NCBI GenBank assembly: GCA_029856365.1 | Contig: JAHQWW010000001.1 | Location: 17,548-81,547 of the forward strand | Reading direction: 5' to 3' | Origin: Candidatus Hodarchaeota archaeon | Lineage (GTDB): Archaea > Asgardarchaeota > Heimdallarchaeia > Hodarchaeales > Hodarchaeaceae | Length of the DNA stretch: 64,000 bases | In this document: in pieces, positions 10,357-20,445 of the stretch | Layout of the letters: each line of letters opens with the position of its first letter | How positions within the stretch are numbered: the first letter of the stretch is position 1 | Translations under genes and position numbers: made by a program | The notes under the pieces: generated by a model | What the model was told of the DNA's origin: nothing | Seen by the model: the letters and a program-made list of their open reading frames with translations, nothing else | The model's database searches: none

Positions 10357-10827
10357 CTATTCTGATGAGATGGAACTAACTGCGAGTATTGAATCAATAA
10401 TTTGCTTATAGCCAGTACATCGACAAATAATCCCATTCAATAAATGTTCAATCTCCTTTCTTTCTAGTGGCTTGCCCTGTTTTAAAAGGTAATGGCCCAT
10501 AAGAAGAAATGCAGATGTACAAAAACCACATTGCACGGCCCCATTGTTAATAAATGATTCTTGGAGCTTTGAAACGCTCCCTTCTATTGATAAACCCTCA
10601 ACTGTTATTACTCTTTTATTATCAGCTTCGTAAGCCAATACTAGGCAAGATTTAATGGGAACACCTTCAAGGAGAATCGTACATAGTCCGCAATCACCTT
10701 GCCAGCAGGCTGCTTTGACAGATGTGATACGTAAGTGGTTACGAAGAATGTCAAGAAGGGTTTCATTGGATTTTATTAGGATTTCATGAATCTTGTCATT
10801 TACTGTAAGTGTTATCTGCTTTTTCAT
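10357..10827 (-). CDS. Xanthine dehydrogenase/aldehyde oxidoreductase family, [2Fe-2S] small subunit
   Basis: CWQGDCGLCTILLEG, QCGFCTSAF and CRCTGY motifs. There is a 4-nt overlap with the upstream FAD subunit gene. Confidence 0.9.
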   Translation of the reverse strand: MKKQITLTVNDKIHEILIKSNETLLDILRNHLRITSVKAACWQGDCGLCTILLEGVPIKSCLVLAYEADNKRVITVEGLSIEGSVSKLQESFINNGAVQCGFCTSAFLLMGHYLLKQGKPLERKEIEHLLNGIICRCTGYKQIIDSILAVSSISSE

Positions 10828-11687
10828 AAAATTATCTCCTTGAGGATCAATCTGGTTAAAATTTCAGTAATGTGGATTCGATAATCTCTACTGGAACGGA
10901 CATCTGTAATTGGGCTAATTTTTGAATCAATTTCTTTCCAAATAGATTGAAATACATTTTCAGATATTTTTTTCTCAATAATAAGATTAGAAATATCTAG
11001 AAAGACAGGCGTAGGAGCAACAGCTGTGAAACCTAGGTAAGTGTGCTCCTGATTATGTGATCCTGCAGCCCCCACTAGTGCCAAATCTTCTGCTCCTCGT
11101 TTCATCTTCATAAAGGCTGATTTAGTATTAATAGTAGGTTTAGGCATATTAATCGACACTATGAGCTCATCTGGAGCAAGATCACTCTTTTTTACCCCTT
11201 TGAAGAATTTATCAATCGCTATTAATCTACTCCCTTTTGATTTGGACTGAACCTCGACAACAGCTTGATGAGTATAAAGCGGGCCTGCGGTGTCAGCAGC
11301 TGGAGAAGCTGTTGCAATATTTCCCCCTATAGTTGCCCTGTTTCTTAGAATTTCATCACACATATCATTAAGAGCTTGATATAATGCAGTATAATACGTT
11401 TTTATTTGAGACAGTGTCAATACTTCGGAAATAGGTACTGCTGCGCCAATTGTTAGCTCATTTGGAGTAAATTCAAGCTTCTTTAACTCAGGAATGTTTT
11501 TTACATCAATAATCACATTTGGTTGAATCAATCGATGACGAAGGTCCACAAGTAAATCAGTTCCTCCTGCAAGAGGTTTGCAATTGGTCTGATGAATATG
11601 AAGTAAATTTAATGCTTCTTCTAAGGAGTTAGGAACTTCTATTTCGAATTTAGGTAGGCCTACATATGAAATGGTTTCTGTCATCAT
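10824..11687 (-). CDS. Xanthine dehydrogenase family, FAD-binding medium subunit (CoxM-like)
   Basis: 287 aa with the LAGGTDLLVDL FAD-binding motif. It is translationally coupled on both sides. Confidence 0.85.
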   Translation of the reverse strand: MMTETISYVGLPKFEIEVPNSLEEALNLLHIHQTNCKPLAGGTDLLVDLRHRLIQPNVIIDVKNIPELKKLEFTPNELTIGAAVPISEVLTLSQIKTYYTALYQALNDMCDEILRNRATIGGNIATASPAADTAGPLYTHQAVVEVQSKSKGSRLIAIDKFFKGVKKSDLAPDELIVSINMPKPTINTKSAFMKMKRGAEDLALVGAAGSHNQEHTYLGFTAVAPTPVFLDISNLIIEKKISENVFQSIWKEIDSKISPITDVRSSRDYRIHITEILTRLILKEIIL

Positions 11688-14056
11688 TAATCCTCAAATA
11701 TTTTCTGTTTTAAAGACGCCAACAATTCTGGACGTTGTTGTTGGATTTCTGACCATACTTTCTCTGGGGAGAGAGGTAAATCATTAATTTGGACACTTAT
11801 TGCGTTAAAAATGGCATTCCCTATTGCAGCGGGTACTCCTAGCATTGTTAACTCCCCTATGCCCCTTGCACCATAAGGCCCATCTTCTTGTGGGTTCTCT
11901 ATTAGATAGGATACAAATTCTTCTGGAATATCAGCTGCACGAGAGATTACATAGTCTACTAGATTTGGATTAAGGAGGTTGCCCTCCTCATTGTACTGTA
12001 GTTGTTCATTCATTGCAATTGATAATGCCATTACACCTCCTCCTATGATTTGACTCTTACACAATTCAGGATTAATTGCTTTCCCAATATCAAACGCAGA
12101 TACTAAGCGTTTGATGGTAATTTCTCCCGTTAGAGCATTTATCTTTATTTCGACCCCTTGAGCTCCAAAAGTTTCAAAAATCGTAGGTTTTCCTGCACCT
12201 GTTTCTGGATCTAACATAGTCATTTTTGCTATGTATTTTCCTCTCCCAATAATGGGTCCTCCAATTGATTCACCAGTAGGATACATATATCCCATAACTA
12301 GTTCAGCCAGACTCAGATGTTTCCATTTTTCGCCTTTTGGGAAGATTAATTCATTTTTAAGGATTAAATCTTCTGAAGGGACACGTAAAACTTGACTTGC
12401 AATCTCAAAAATTTGTCCTTTTGCATCTTTACAGGCATCTCTGACCGCATTTCCATCCATGAACAGAGAGCGAGATCCCACAGTTTGCCATGTGTAAGCA
12501 TCGCGATCAGTGTCACGGTCTCCCATAATTTTAACTTTTTCAATAGGAAGACCCAGTTCTTCAGCTGCTATTTGGGCAAGACTTGTAATAGTCCCTTGGC
12601 CCATCTCTGATGTTCCAACAGAGACTAAAATTCCCCCATCTTCACTAAATTTAACATAAGCCGAAGAAGCACTATTTGGAGGTTGAGCAGGACCTTTCAT
12701 AAAGCCTGCAATTCCAATTCCCCTAAAAAACCATGGTTTTTCAGGAGATGTTTTAGATAAATTCTCCCTTAGGTCGATCCAAACTTTGTCTAAACATTGA
12801 TCGATACTTCCTGCATCCTCTCTAAGACGGTCTTGGTTAGCGGTCACTGATTTACCAGGTTTTAATGTATTGGACTTCCGAAATACAACTGGATCCATAC
12901 CAATCTTGTTTGCAGTAAAATCACGTTGTCGTTCAATAACCCAGTGCAATTCCATATGGCCAAACCCACGAAATGCGGTCGCATAAGGTTTGTTTGTATA
13001 AATAGTGTAAGAATCGGACTTGATATTGTCAATGTCGTAAGGTCCAATAGACACATATCCAGCTGCTCGACCTACATTGACAGCATAATCAGCAAATGCT
13101 CCCGAATCCCAGATATATTCGATTTCTTCTGCAGTGATTCGACCATCTGACGTTACACCCGTTTTAATATGAGCCATCATCCCTACGCGAATAGGAGCAC
13201 TTCTAAAATTTTCTTCACGAGTCAATCGAAGTTTTATTGGTCTATTACCTGCTTTACGTGAGAGTAAAACTACTAAAGGTTCGAAATTAAGGCCTGCTTT
13301 TCCCCCAAATCCTCCACCTATATAAGGAGTATAGACTGTGATATTTGAAATCGGTACAGCAAATGTCACTCCCAGAAGATATCTTACAGTAAAAGGTGAT
13401 TGTGCGGATGACCACACTTCAATAGTTCCATCAGAACAATAATGACCAATAGAAACTATTGGTTCCAAATAGGCATGAGCTACTTGAGGCATTCTGAAAG
13501 TATTTTCAATAACTAAGTCAGCTTTAGAAAAACCATCTTTAATATTTCCTTTCCGTAATTTAAATAGATTTGCTATATTGGTACCAGGAACAGGATTAAA
13601 AGCAGACGAGTGTCCATACTCTGCCATCTTCTCGTGGACAAGAATCTCATTTGAATCTTTAGCAGCCACAGGATCAAGAATTGCTGGAAGTATCTCATAT
13701 TCGATCTCAATTGCCTCCAATGCTCGTTCAGCAATCTCCTCAGTTTGAGCTGCGACTGCAACTACTGGTTGACCGATCCAAACTACCTTTTCTACAGCTA
13801 AAATGTCACGATCTCCTGCATATAATCCTATTTTTACGGGCCAATCCTTACCTGTTGCGATTGCTGCGACTCCAGGAATTTTTTCTGCACTTGAAGTATC
13901 AATAGAGACAATTCGGGCGTGAGCATGGGGTGAAGTTAGAAATTTACAGAACAGCATGTCTGGAATATTGTCTATATCAAAAGCATAAACAGCAGCACCT
14001 GATACTTTGTCAAAAGCATCTTTTCGAGGAATTGATTTTCCAATGTAATTAGTCAT
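11687..14056 (-). CDS. Xanthine dehydrogenase/aldehyde oxidoreductase family, molybdopterin-binding large subunit
   Basis: About 790 aa with IGGGFGGKAG and ATAFRGFGH motifs. The CODH loop VAYRCSFR is absent. Probable ATG at 14056; the ORF-track start at 14071 is a GTG. Confidence 0.9.
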   Translation of the reverse strand: MTNYIGKSIPRKDAFDKVSGAAVYAFDIDNIPDMLFCKFLTSPHAHARIVSIDTSSAEKIPGVAAIATGKDWPVKIGLYAGDRDILAVEKVVWIGQPVVAVAAQTEEIAERALEAIEIEYEILPAILDPVAAKDSNEILVHEKMAEYGHSSAFNPVPGTNIANLFKLRKGNIKDGFSKADLVIENTFRMPQVAHAYLEPIVSIGHYCSDGTIEVWSSAQSPFTVRYLLGVTFAVPISNITVYTPYIGGGFGGKAGLNFEPLVVLLSRKAGNRPIKLRLTREENFRSAPIRVGMMAHIKTGVTSDGRITAEEIEYIWDSGAFADYAVNVGRAAGYVSIGPYDIDNIKSDSYTIYTNKPYATAFRGFGHMELHWVIERQRDFTANKIGMDPVVFRKSNTLKPGKSVTANQDRLREDAGSIDQCLDKVWIDLRENLSKTSPEKPWFFRGIGIAGFMKGPAQPPNSASSAYVKFSEDGGILVSVGTSEMGQGTITSLAQIAAEELGLPIEKVKIMGDRDTDRDAYTWQTVGSRSLFMDGNAVRDACKDAKGQIFEIASQVLRVPSEDLILKNELIFPKGEKWKHLSLAELVMGYMYPTGESIGGPIIGRGKYIAKMTMLDPETGAGKPTIFETFGAQGVEIKINALTGEITIKRLVSAFDIGKAINPELCKSQIIGGGVMALSIAMNEQLQYNEEGNLLNPNLVDYVISRAADIPEEFVSYLIENPQEDGPYGARGIGELTMLGVPAAIGNAIFNAISVQINDLPLSPEKVWSEIQQQRPELLASLKQKIFED

Positions 14057-14089
14057 GAAAATATTCACCACATTTTTAGATTCTCTTTA

Positions 14090-14383
14090 TCATCCTCCCC
14101 CAACAATCTCAAGAAATCCAAGACGATCGACAGTGACACGATCTTTTGTGCTGAGTCTCAAGTCTAATACAGACTTGGATCTATCAACAATATGGCCATT
14201 TACTAAGAGAACAGTGCCGTGGTTCAATTTATTATTCTTAAGAAGCAGTGATTCAAGCGATGGATCTTTTTGGACTAATGCATGAATAACTTTACGAATT
14301 GTAGGTACTTCTAAGAATTCAAATTCGACATTGGATCCCAAATTCGCTCCAAGTCGTCCGAATAATCTCACTTGTAATTTCAT
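14090..14383 (-). CDS. MoaD/ThiS-family beta-grasp (ubiquitin-like) protein ending in Gly-Gly-Gly
   Basis: About 97 aa, MKLQVRLFGRL...VNGHIV...TVDRLGFLEIVGGG-stop. The size, the N-terminal beta strand and the diglycine C-terminus are typical of MoaD/SAMP proteins. It is the first gene of the Mo-enzyme operon. Confidence 0.6.
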   Translation of the reverse strand: MKLQVRLFGRLGANLGSNVEFEFLEVPTIRKVIHALVQKDPSLESLLLKNNKLNHGTVLLVNGHIVDRSKSVLDLRLSTKDRVTVDRLGFLEIVGGG

Positions 14384-14474
14384 CATAAGCATTGTATCCT
14401 GTTCTGAAGATCATTGAAAAGTATTCTTCCACAATCTGTGATGAAGTTTAAATAGATGAACAAAGACAAGAAGG

Positions 14475-15872
14475 ATGATGTCCCGACGAGAAGTTAAAAA
14501 AGAATTGATGAAGTTTGTGCGAAGAGAGGTGAAAGAGAAAGGTACCGAATGGGGCGAATTACGTCGCATAAAAAGACAAATTGTCATCAAAAAAGGATTA
14601 CCAAATGTACCGAGTCTTGTTCTGAAGAGTGATTCAGGATTATCATATATAGCGCTAATTCATTCCAAAAAAGAGTTGCGATTGTATCTCTTTGATATCG
14701 AGGGGAAGATTATTCATGGTCAATCATATTTCCAAGTCCATCATAACCTAGAAGATGTCTATAAGGATATCTGTGCTAAATCAAAAAAAGTAGCCCGATA
14801 TCCTCCAGCTGAAAAGTCTGTAACTCGTGCTCAACAAGACTATCAGCTAGATAGACGTTTTCAACGACTTTGGGTTAAATTAGCAAAAAAGCTAATGATT
14901 TCTAAGAGTCACCGTCGAAAACGGCCATTAATAAAAGGAATAAACAAGGAAGCTAAAGGAATTTTTGGTACTCTACCAGGAAAAGACTTTATTCAAGTTC
15001 CTTATCAAAGTCCACATTTGGGAAATATTTTTGCTTATTACTCAATTTATTATTTTCTTCCTTCTCCAATTCGACAGAATGAGGATCTAGCAGAAGCACT
15101 CGCGTTAAAAATTCTTATATCGTTCAAAAAATATAAAAATACACCAATAATGCAAAATCGAAATTCATTTGAAATTCTAAACAAATTGGATCCATGGAAT
15201 ACATTGGAGCTCACTGATCTCTTTAATATACTATATAAAGTTTCATTATATTATGATTTTCCATGGAAAACACAAGACTTTATTATATTTATTAATCTCC
15301 CATTAAATCTTGTTAAGATGTCCTCACGACATTTTTTACCCAATTTATTTGGTCAATTATTCTCTAATAGCCAGAATATGAATTTTCTTACGTTAGCATG
15401 TTTTCTTGGCATCCCTTTTGACCTCAATTACCATATTCCCCCAGAAATCTCAAATAAAGTCTCTATTTTGTTATGTAATTGGTTAAAAACGTGGCAATTT
15501 TCTAAAATCCTTCCTGTATTGCAGCAAAAACGGATACAATTTTCTCCAGGGCAAATAAAAGCAATTGAAGAAGCTCTTCATTTTCAGTATTCTAATGTTT
15601 TGCATATTGATCTCAATAAAAATGGAGTATTTAAGGTTAAAAATAAATCAGATATTCGTATCATTTTAACATCTGTTGTTGAAATTCTACCAGATGGAAT
15701 CGAAACCGAAATCACATTTCAACCAGTGACTCTTAATGCAAATTCTACAATCTCCTTCGATTTAAACTCCTTAAATGTTAAAGATAAATTTCCTTTACGT
15801 ATCCAATATTCGCTTGTTAATTCACCAGAAGACATTTCACGTCCAATTTTTATTGGAACTCTTGTCATTTAG
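14475..15872 (+). CDS. Hypothetical protein (465 aa), basic N-terminus, no recognisable motif
   Basis: A long uninterrupted ORF with coding-like composition. I cannot assign any family. Confidence 0.5.
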   Translation: MMSRREVKKELMKFVRREVKEKGTEWGELRRIKRQIVIKKGLPNVPSLVLKSDSGLSYIALIHSKKELRLYLFDIEGKIIHGQSYFQVHHNLEDVYKDICAKSKKVARYPPAEKSVTRAQQDYQLDRRFQRLWVKLAKKLMISKSHRRKRPLIKGINKEAKGIFGTLPGKDFIQVPYQSPHLGNIFAYYSIYYFLPSPIRQNEDLAEALALKILISFKKYKNTPIMQNRNSFEILNKLDPWNTLELTDLFNILYKVSLYYDFPWKTQDFIIFINLPLNLVKMSSRHFLPNLFGQLFSNSQNMNFLTLACFLGIPFDLNYHIPPEISNKVSILLCNWLKTWQFSKILPVLQQKRIQFSPGQIKAIEEALHFQYSNVLHIDLNKNGVFKVKNKSDIRIILTSVVEILPDGIETEITFQPVTLNANSTISFDLNSLNVKDKFPLRIQYSLVNSPEDISRPIFIGTLVI

Positions 15873-16055
15873 GTCAAATTGACACCATCCTAGGAATAAA
15901 AATATGTTTATATTTATTCAACGAATTTTAAAGAATATAATTACTTCAACAAACGGCTTTTGGAATTTTTTGCGATCTTTTTAACCCCTCTCTTAACGAA
16001 ACCACTGTTATTTTTCTCATCCCACCACTTTCAGGGTTTAGCTGACAATCTCTTT

Positions 16056-16574
16056 TTAGGCGAATCGTTTTTCCCATTCTTGTCTAAGAATTATTCTCTT
16101 AACATCTGTCAAGTGATCTGTTGCGAGGATGCCCTGTAAGTGATCTGTTTCATGTTGAATCAACTCTGACATATCCTTCTCGAACTCCTTCTCCATTCTT
16201 TCTCCTTTTTCATCCTGATACTTAATTTTTATTTTCTTATGACGTAAAATTTCTACAAAAAAAGCGACATCAAAACTGAAACAACTATCCCATACCCAAA
16301 ATTTTTCTTCACTTTTCAAGGTTATTCTTGGATTTACCATTATAAAGGGTTTTTCTGGTAAGCCGTAATAAATAACCTTTTTCATATATCCTATTTGAGG
16401 AGCAGCTAGAGCTCTACCAATTTCCTTAGTTCCTTGAAGATGTGTAAGAGTATCCTTCAAATCTTGTATTATTTTTGTGAGATTTTCTCCAAAATCAGAT
16501 ACATCAGAAGATTGTTCTCTGAGTTTTGGATTTCCAATCATCAAAACCTCTTTTATTGCCAAATGAACCACCAA
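16056..16574 (-). CDS. def: Peptide deformylase-like metallohydrolase
   Basis: Motif 1 is GRALAAPQIG and motif 3 is QHETDHLQG. Motif 2 is the variant DSCFSF, with the Cys ligand kept, versus the usual EGCLS. The 16574 start is a TTG; an ATG alternative lies at 16541. Confidence 0.8.
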   Translation of the reverse strand: MVVHLAIKEVLMIGNPKLREQSSDVSDFGENLTKIIQDLKDTLTHLQGTKEIGRALAAPQIGYMKKVIYYGLPEKPFIMVNPRITLKSEEKFWVWDSCFSFDVAFFVEILRHKKIKIKYQDEKGERMEKEFEKDMSELIQHETDHLQGILATDHLTDVKRIILRQEWEKRFA

Positions 16575-16605
16575 TCAATACATAATCATGTTTTGAATCC
16601 TTTTT

Positions 16606-17469
16606 TTAATTCCTTTTTGAATCTAAGAGCTCCATTAGTTTATCTAGTTTCACGTCTCTCAAGTAAAGTGGATCTTTATTTTTTTTATATATTGGTAGAT
16701 TTTCTTCAAAAGTAAGTTTTGTAGTAGTATAAAAAATACCTAGGGGAATTTTCCCTTTCTCTGTTGCTCGTTTGAAAGCTTCTACTTTATTATTGGGGTC
16801 ATATGAGTCTTCTAAGTAGTAAATGTTCTCTTTGAACCATTTCCAAGTGTTTATCTTATTAAATGTTACACATGGTTGTAAAATATCAACAAATGAATAC
16901 CCCTTATGAATAATTGCCGCTTTAATGATTTCTTTTGTTTGTTCTTGATCTCCTACAAAAACTCTAGCAACAAATGCTGCATCAAGAGCTATTGCTAATG
17001 TAATTGGATTAAATGGTTCGTTTGTGACTCCTTGGACTTGAACGGGGGTAATAAAACCATATTGACTTGTGGGAGAGGCTTGACCTTTAGTAAGACCATA
17101 AACCATATTGTCATGTGCAAGGTGGATGATATCAGGATTTCGAAGGATATTGTGAATGAAGTGGTTACCTCCTTCTCCAAAGGAACATCCGTCTCCAGTT
17201 TCGACAATTACTTTAAGATTAGGGTTTACAGCTTTGATTGCAAATGCAGCAGCTACTGCTCGTCCATGAAGACCATTATATATGTTTGTTCTAAGGTAAT
17301 GAGGAGTTTTCGCTGCTTGTCCAATACCTGAAACCATTACCAATTCTTCTGGTTTAATATTCAGCTCTGTTAGTGCTGTTTTTACTATACGTAGAATTCC
17401 AAAGTTTCCACATCCAAGACACCATGCAATATCAGTATCTTTAGGCATATCAAACAATTCTGTTGTCAT
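16606..17469 (-). CDS. korB: 2-oxoacid:ferredoxin oxidoreductase, beta (TPP-binding) subunit
   Basis: [11 protein letters not shown] and the TPP motif [13 protein letters not shown]. It sits immediately downstream of the alpha subunit. Confidence 0.9.
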   Translation of the reverse strand: MTTELFDMPKDTDIAWCLGCGNFGILRIVKTALTELNIKPEELVMVSGIGQAAKTPHYLRTNIYNGLHGRAVAAAFAIKAVNPNLKVIVETGDGCSFGEGGNHFIHNILRNPDIIHLAHDNMVYGLTKGQASPTSQYGFITPVQVQGVTNEPFNPITLAIALDAAFVARVFVGDQEQTKEIIKAAIIHKGYSFVDILQPCVTFNKINTWKWFKENIYYLEDSYDPNNKVEAFKRATEKGKIPLGIFYTTTKLTFEENLPIYKKNKDPLYLRDVKLDKLMELLDSKRN

Positions 17470-17480
17470 TCTACAAACCC

Positions 17481-19199
17481 CTAAATTTTGTCAAGATAAG
17501 CTATAACTTCCTCTGCAGAGAAAGGCATACCATTGTATTTGAGAAATTTCTCATTTATATCAAGATCAAGTTCTAATTTGAGTACTTTACCAAATTGTGA
17601 TGTTGCGTTGTTTTCTAAGATAACTGTTTTCTCTGCTTTCTCTAGAAACTCACTAATGTTAGAGTTTAATGGATAGACTTGTGAGAAGTGAAGGAATGCA
17701 ATGTCATCTTTCCCAAGATTTTCGATGGCTTCCTTAATTACACCATATGTAGATCCCCACCCAATCACTAGTATTTTATAATCCTTATTTCCTATTAGTT
17801 CAGGTTCTAAAATCTCTTTCCTAAGCAAATTGAGTTTTTTGTAGAGTCTTTTTTCAACCATCTTTGGTCTAGTTTCATGAACATCTTCAGTGATGTGGCC
17901 ATCTTCATCATGCTCGTCACTGTCAACATTTACGAGTCCATCGCCATAACCTGGAATACCTCGGGGGGATATTCCGTCATCAGTAAGCCGATAGCGTTTG
18001 TAGTCTCGATTTGTTTTCACAATATACTTATCGTTCTTTATGCTGGATAAATCTAAATCTGGGATGGAATAGTGTGAATCAAGGAAAAATTGGTCTGTTA
18101 ATATGAAGACTGGGATTTGATATTTATCTGCAAGATTGAATGCTTTTTGTGTTAAATAGAAAGCATCTTCAGGTGTTCCAGGTGCTAAAATGACTCTTGC
18201 AAATTCTCCGTGCCCTGCATTTAAAACATGCTGTAAATCTTCCTGACCAGTTCTTGTGGGTAATCCTGTTGCTGGGCCAGGGCGTTGGCCGATGTGTAGA
18301 ACCATAGGTATTTCAAGCATACCCGATAATGACACTCCTTCGGTCATTAATGCAAAACCTCCTCCAGATGTTGTTATCATTGCCCTTCCACCAGCATACC
18401 ACGCGGCAATACCTTTATTGATGGCTGCTATTTCATCTTCGGCCTGATCAACTACTATGTCAAAATTCTTCGCATAATGAGATAAAAACACAAGAACACT
18501 TGTGCTTGGTGACATTGGATACGAACTAATAAAATTACATCCTCCTGCAATCGCCCCCATTCCAATAGCTTCAGCACCACTCAGAATAATGTCATTAAGT
18601 ACTGAATTATCCTTCTGGAGTGTATTTCTAAACTTTCTAGAATTAACTAGCTCATTCCCGATTGAATATCCTCTTTTACATGCCTGAATATTCTGTTCGA
18701 CTATTTTACTTCCTTTTAAAGTAAACATTTCAATCAGATATGTTTGTGATATCTCTTCTTTAACTTCAAAAAATGCTAAAAAGACTCCAACCGCAACAAT
18801 GTTAGTATAGATAACTCCACCTACTTCTTTCGCAATTTCGGAGAATGGTACTTTAATTATCTGTTCTCGGTTATCACAATATTGTTCATCTATATTCTTT
18901 TCTTCTCCCAGAATAATGGTTTTTGATGTTATTCTGTGTTTAAGGTGTGGTAAAGCCGAAAAATGAAGAGGAATTAAAATGTCAATGCGATCAACGAATG
19001 TAGGGTTAATTCTATTAGACGAAACTCGTATTAAGGTTGAATTTGTGCCTCCTCGTATTCGTGACATGAATTCACTAGTACTATAACAGTGATATCCAGC
19101 CTGTTTCAGAATACCAGTAAGTAAATCTTCTACTGTGGCAATACCTTGGCCTGCTGCACCACAAATTACAATGGCAATATCATTCAATCTCCTAACCAT
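17481..19199 (-). CDS. korA: 2-oxoacid:ferredoxin oxidoreductase, fused gamma-alpha subunit
   Basis: An N-terminal gamma-like domain ([14 protein letters not shown]) is followed by an alpha domain ([27 protein letters not shown]). This is the two-subunit archaeal OFOR architecture. Confidence 0.9.
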   Translation of the reverse strand: MVRRLNDIAIVICGAAGQGIATVEDLLTGILKQAGYHCYSTSEFMSRIRGGTNSTLIRVSSNRINPTFVDRIDILIPLHFSALPHLKHRITSKTIILGEEKNIDEQYCDNREQIIKVPFSEIAKEVGGVIYTNIVAVGVFLAFFEVKEEISQTYLIEMFTLKGSKIVEQNIQACKRGYSIGNELVNSRKFRNTLQKDNSVLNDIILSGAEAIGMGAIAGGCNFISSYPMSPSTSVLVFLSHYAKNFDIVVDQAEDEIAAINKGIAAWYAGGRAMITTSGGGFALMTEGVSLSGMLEIPMVLHIGQRPGPATGLPTRTGQEDLQHVLNAGHGEFARVILAPGTPEDAFYLTQKAFNLADKYQIPVFILTDQFFLDSHYSIPDLDLSSIKNDKYIVKTNRDYKRYRLTDDGISPRGIPGYGDGLVNVDSDEHDEDGHITEDVHETRPKMVEKRLYKKLNLLRKEILEPELIGNKDYKILVIGWGSTYGVIKEAIENLGKDDIAFLHFSQVYPLNSNISEFLEKAEKTVILENNATSQFGKVLKLELDLDINEKFLKYNGMPFSAEEVIAYLDKI

Positions 19200-19403
19200 C
19201 CAATCACTTATGTAATCATGTTTTTCTCAGCAATTACGTCATTAACTACTACTAATAATATTTTTTTTTACTTGTTCTTTAATCCTTTAATGGTACGTTT
19301 ATCGAAATCATTAAAAATTGGTAATCTGATCACATATAATAATATACTCCGAGATGACCTTAACATTATTATTTGGATATATTCATTCAATAATGCCAGA
19401 ATA

Positions 19404-19604
19404 TTACGCTTTTCTTTCTTTACATTTGGTTACAATAAATATATCTCCAAATGGTCTTAGCTCACCAATAACAAATTTTAGTAAACTAATATTGCCTTTT
19501 TTGGATAATAACTTCTCCTGATAATTATTTAATTGAGAATTAAGTGAATTTTTATATCTGGAAGATTCTTCGCCAGCAAGAAGGATTATTGCTACTTTTC
19601 TCAT
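19404..19604 (-). pseudogene. Possible truncated MobA-like nucleotidyltransferase fragment (66 aa)
   Basis: MRKVAIILLAGEESSRY resembles the N-terminal LAGGxSxRMG loop of MobA/MocA-type NTP transferases. The ORF stops after 66 codons, and I derived the next roughly 110 nt of the same minus-strand frame and found it closed by two further stops. Confidence 0.25.
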
Positions 19605-19657
19605 TTTATTCTGGCTAAAAAAAACGATTAATACCTTGATTGAAGAAGCTATTTTTA

Positions 19658-20344
19658 TTAGGAAAATTGATCCAAATACCGCTTAATGAAATGTTTGACA
19701 TTCTTTTTTCCCTTAGTAATGCCAAAATGACCTTCACATAAGTAATCAGGCTGTAGATCAAGAATTTTTTCCATGGATTGCCGCCATTGACCAATGTCTG
19801 ATTTGAATTCTGGCATAAATGGACCATGAATATCCTGACCAAATAAAACACGTTCTTTAGGAGTAGTTAACAATCCCACAACACTCCCTGGGGTATGTCC
19901 TGGCGTTAAAATAATATCAAAGACACCACCTGAAAGTTCAATAGTATAGGTTTGTGTAATCTTAATGTCAATATCTACAGAATGAAGCTCAGTTCGATAC
20001 CATTTCGCAGCAGACAATACAGCATCTTCATTTTCGATCACCTTGGCTGCATAGGCATGAGCAATGATTTTCGCTTGTGGTAAATACCCTTTAATATTTT
20101 TTAAGCCACCAACATGATCGATATGAGCATGTGTGACTAAAATGTACTCAACTTGAGTAGGATTCACAATAGCTTTTATGTTGTCAATAATTGCTTTAAT
20201 GGACTCTTTACTTCCCGTCCCAGCGTCGACAAGAATAGAAGCATTAAAATCAGAAACCAAATAAACACAGCAATCATTTGGAAAAGAAAGTCGCTCACTT
20301 CCGACCAAATGGATGGTTATTTTATCGAGCTGAATTTTGATCAT
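19658..20344 (-). CDS. MBL-fold metallo-hydrolase
   Basis: The HxHxDH motif (THAHIDHVGG) plus later His/Asp ligands (TPGHTPGS). 228 aa. Confidence 0.85.
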   Translation of the reverse strand: MIKIQLDKITIHLVGSERLSFPNDCCVYLVSDFNASILVDAGTGSKESIKAIIDNIKAIVNPTQVEYILVTHAHIDHVGGLKNIKGYLPQAKIIAHAYAAKVIENEDAVLSAAKWYRTELHSVDIDIKITQTYTIELSGGVFDIILTPGHTPGSVVGLLTTPKERVLFGQDIHGPFMPEFKSDIGQWRQSMEKILDLQPDYLCEGHFGITKGKKNVKHFIKRYLDQFS

Positions 20345-20445
20345 CTGATCACATCTTTTGACGACAGGAATCTCTTAAATTTGGGAAGATTATTATAATC
20401 AATGATTTGACCAATTTGATGTTGAATTTTAGATAAACAAGTAAG

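Noticed and set aside
11687-14056. The Mo-enzyme operon as aerobic CO dehydrogenase (CoxLMS)
   Set aside because: The large subunit lacks the CODH active-site loop (VAYRCSFR-type) and instead shows the generic xanthine dehydrogenase/aldehyde oxidoreductase motif AFRGFGH. The substrate cannot be assigned from sequence.
376-19460. Many 60-100-aa ORFs nested antisense or out of frame in strong genes (for example 376-558, 1389-1601, 2333-2536, 12392-12610, 13573-13905, 17032-17331, 18256-18687, 19146-19460)
   Set aside because: Each lies inside a CDS with unambiguous family motifs on the other strand or frame, or in AT-rich spacer. They have low-complexity, motif-free translations.
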